Source of the DNA: Planctomycetota bacterium
GTDB lineage: Bacteria > Planctomycetota > GCA-002687715 > DRQF01
Direction: 5' to 3'
DNA length: 45,667 nt
Assembly (NCBI GenBank): GCA_036479435.1
Contig: JAZGFI010000116.1
Location: 1 to 45,667, forward strand
In this document: positions 45,542-45,667 of the stretch, one piece after another
Layout of the letters: every line of letters begins with the position of its first letter
Position numbering within the stretch: the stretch's first letter is position 1
Made by a program: the position numbers and the translations under genes
Notes under the pieces: generated by a model
The model's database searches: none
Seen by the model: only the letters and a program-made list of their open reading frames with translations
What the model was told of the DNA's origin: nothing

Positions 45542-45667
45542 CAGCGATTCCGCATCTGCTGGTTCTCGCCATCCCTTCAGGCAAGGCCAACGAGCCTCAA
45601 AGGTGGTTTAGAGGCGGGGCGTAGGTTTGATGCGGAGAATAGCGCCTTCGAATTGCGAGTCTTGTTG
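45542..45667 (-). mobile_element. Second, inverted copy of the element end (probably IS1380-like)
   Basis: 45542-45665 is the reverse complement of 1-124. Identity stops sharply at CAGCGATTC. Confidence 0.5.

Overview
A GC-rich bacterial chromosomal segment. The gene content (MoxR/DUF58/BatA-VWA cluster with a prenyltransferase-repeat protein, an ECF sigma factor, a long CzcB-like adaptor, minor-pilin-like genes) looks Planctomycetota-like, which is an inference. Both ends run into the same 124-bp sequence in inverted orientation, probably the right end of an IS1380-like element. From left to right: an msrB / M1 aminopeptidase / DUF6702 operon on the minus strand; a ~17 kb plus-strand envelope operon (beta-propeller, two SIMPL proteins, prenyltransferase-repeat protein, MoxR, DUF58, two VWA proteins, two coiled-coil proteins, a small secreted protein) followed by an S41 peptidase; rmlC, an ECF sigma factor, an orphan response regulator, a 2OG oxygenase and a scramblase-like gene; a CzcCBA-type metal efflux cluster; three minor-pilin-like genes; USP, MtfA and a CheY-like receiver; and an accessory tail with ParDE and hypothetical genes. 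Best finding: the last gene of the MoxR operon (19515-20165) is one reading frame interrupted by two in-frame TGA codons five codons apart, each followed by a bacterial-SECIS-like hairpin. It is a candidate secreted di-selenocysteine (UxxxxU) protein that the ORF track splits in two. No tRNA, rRNA, CRISPR array or sel genes were recognised.
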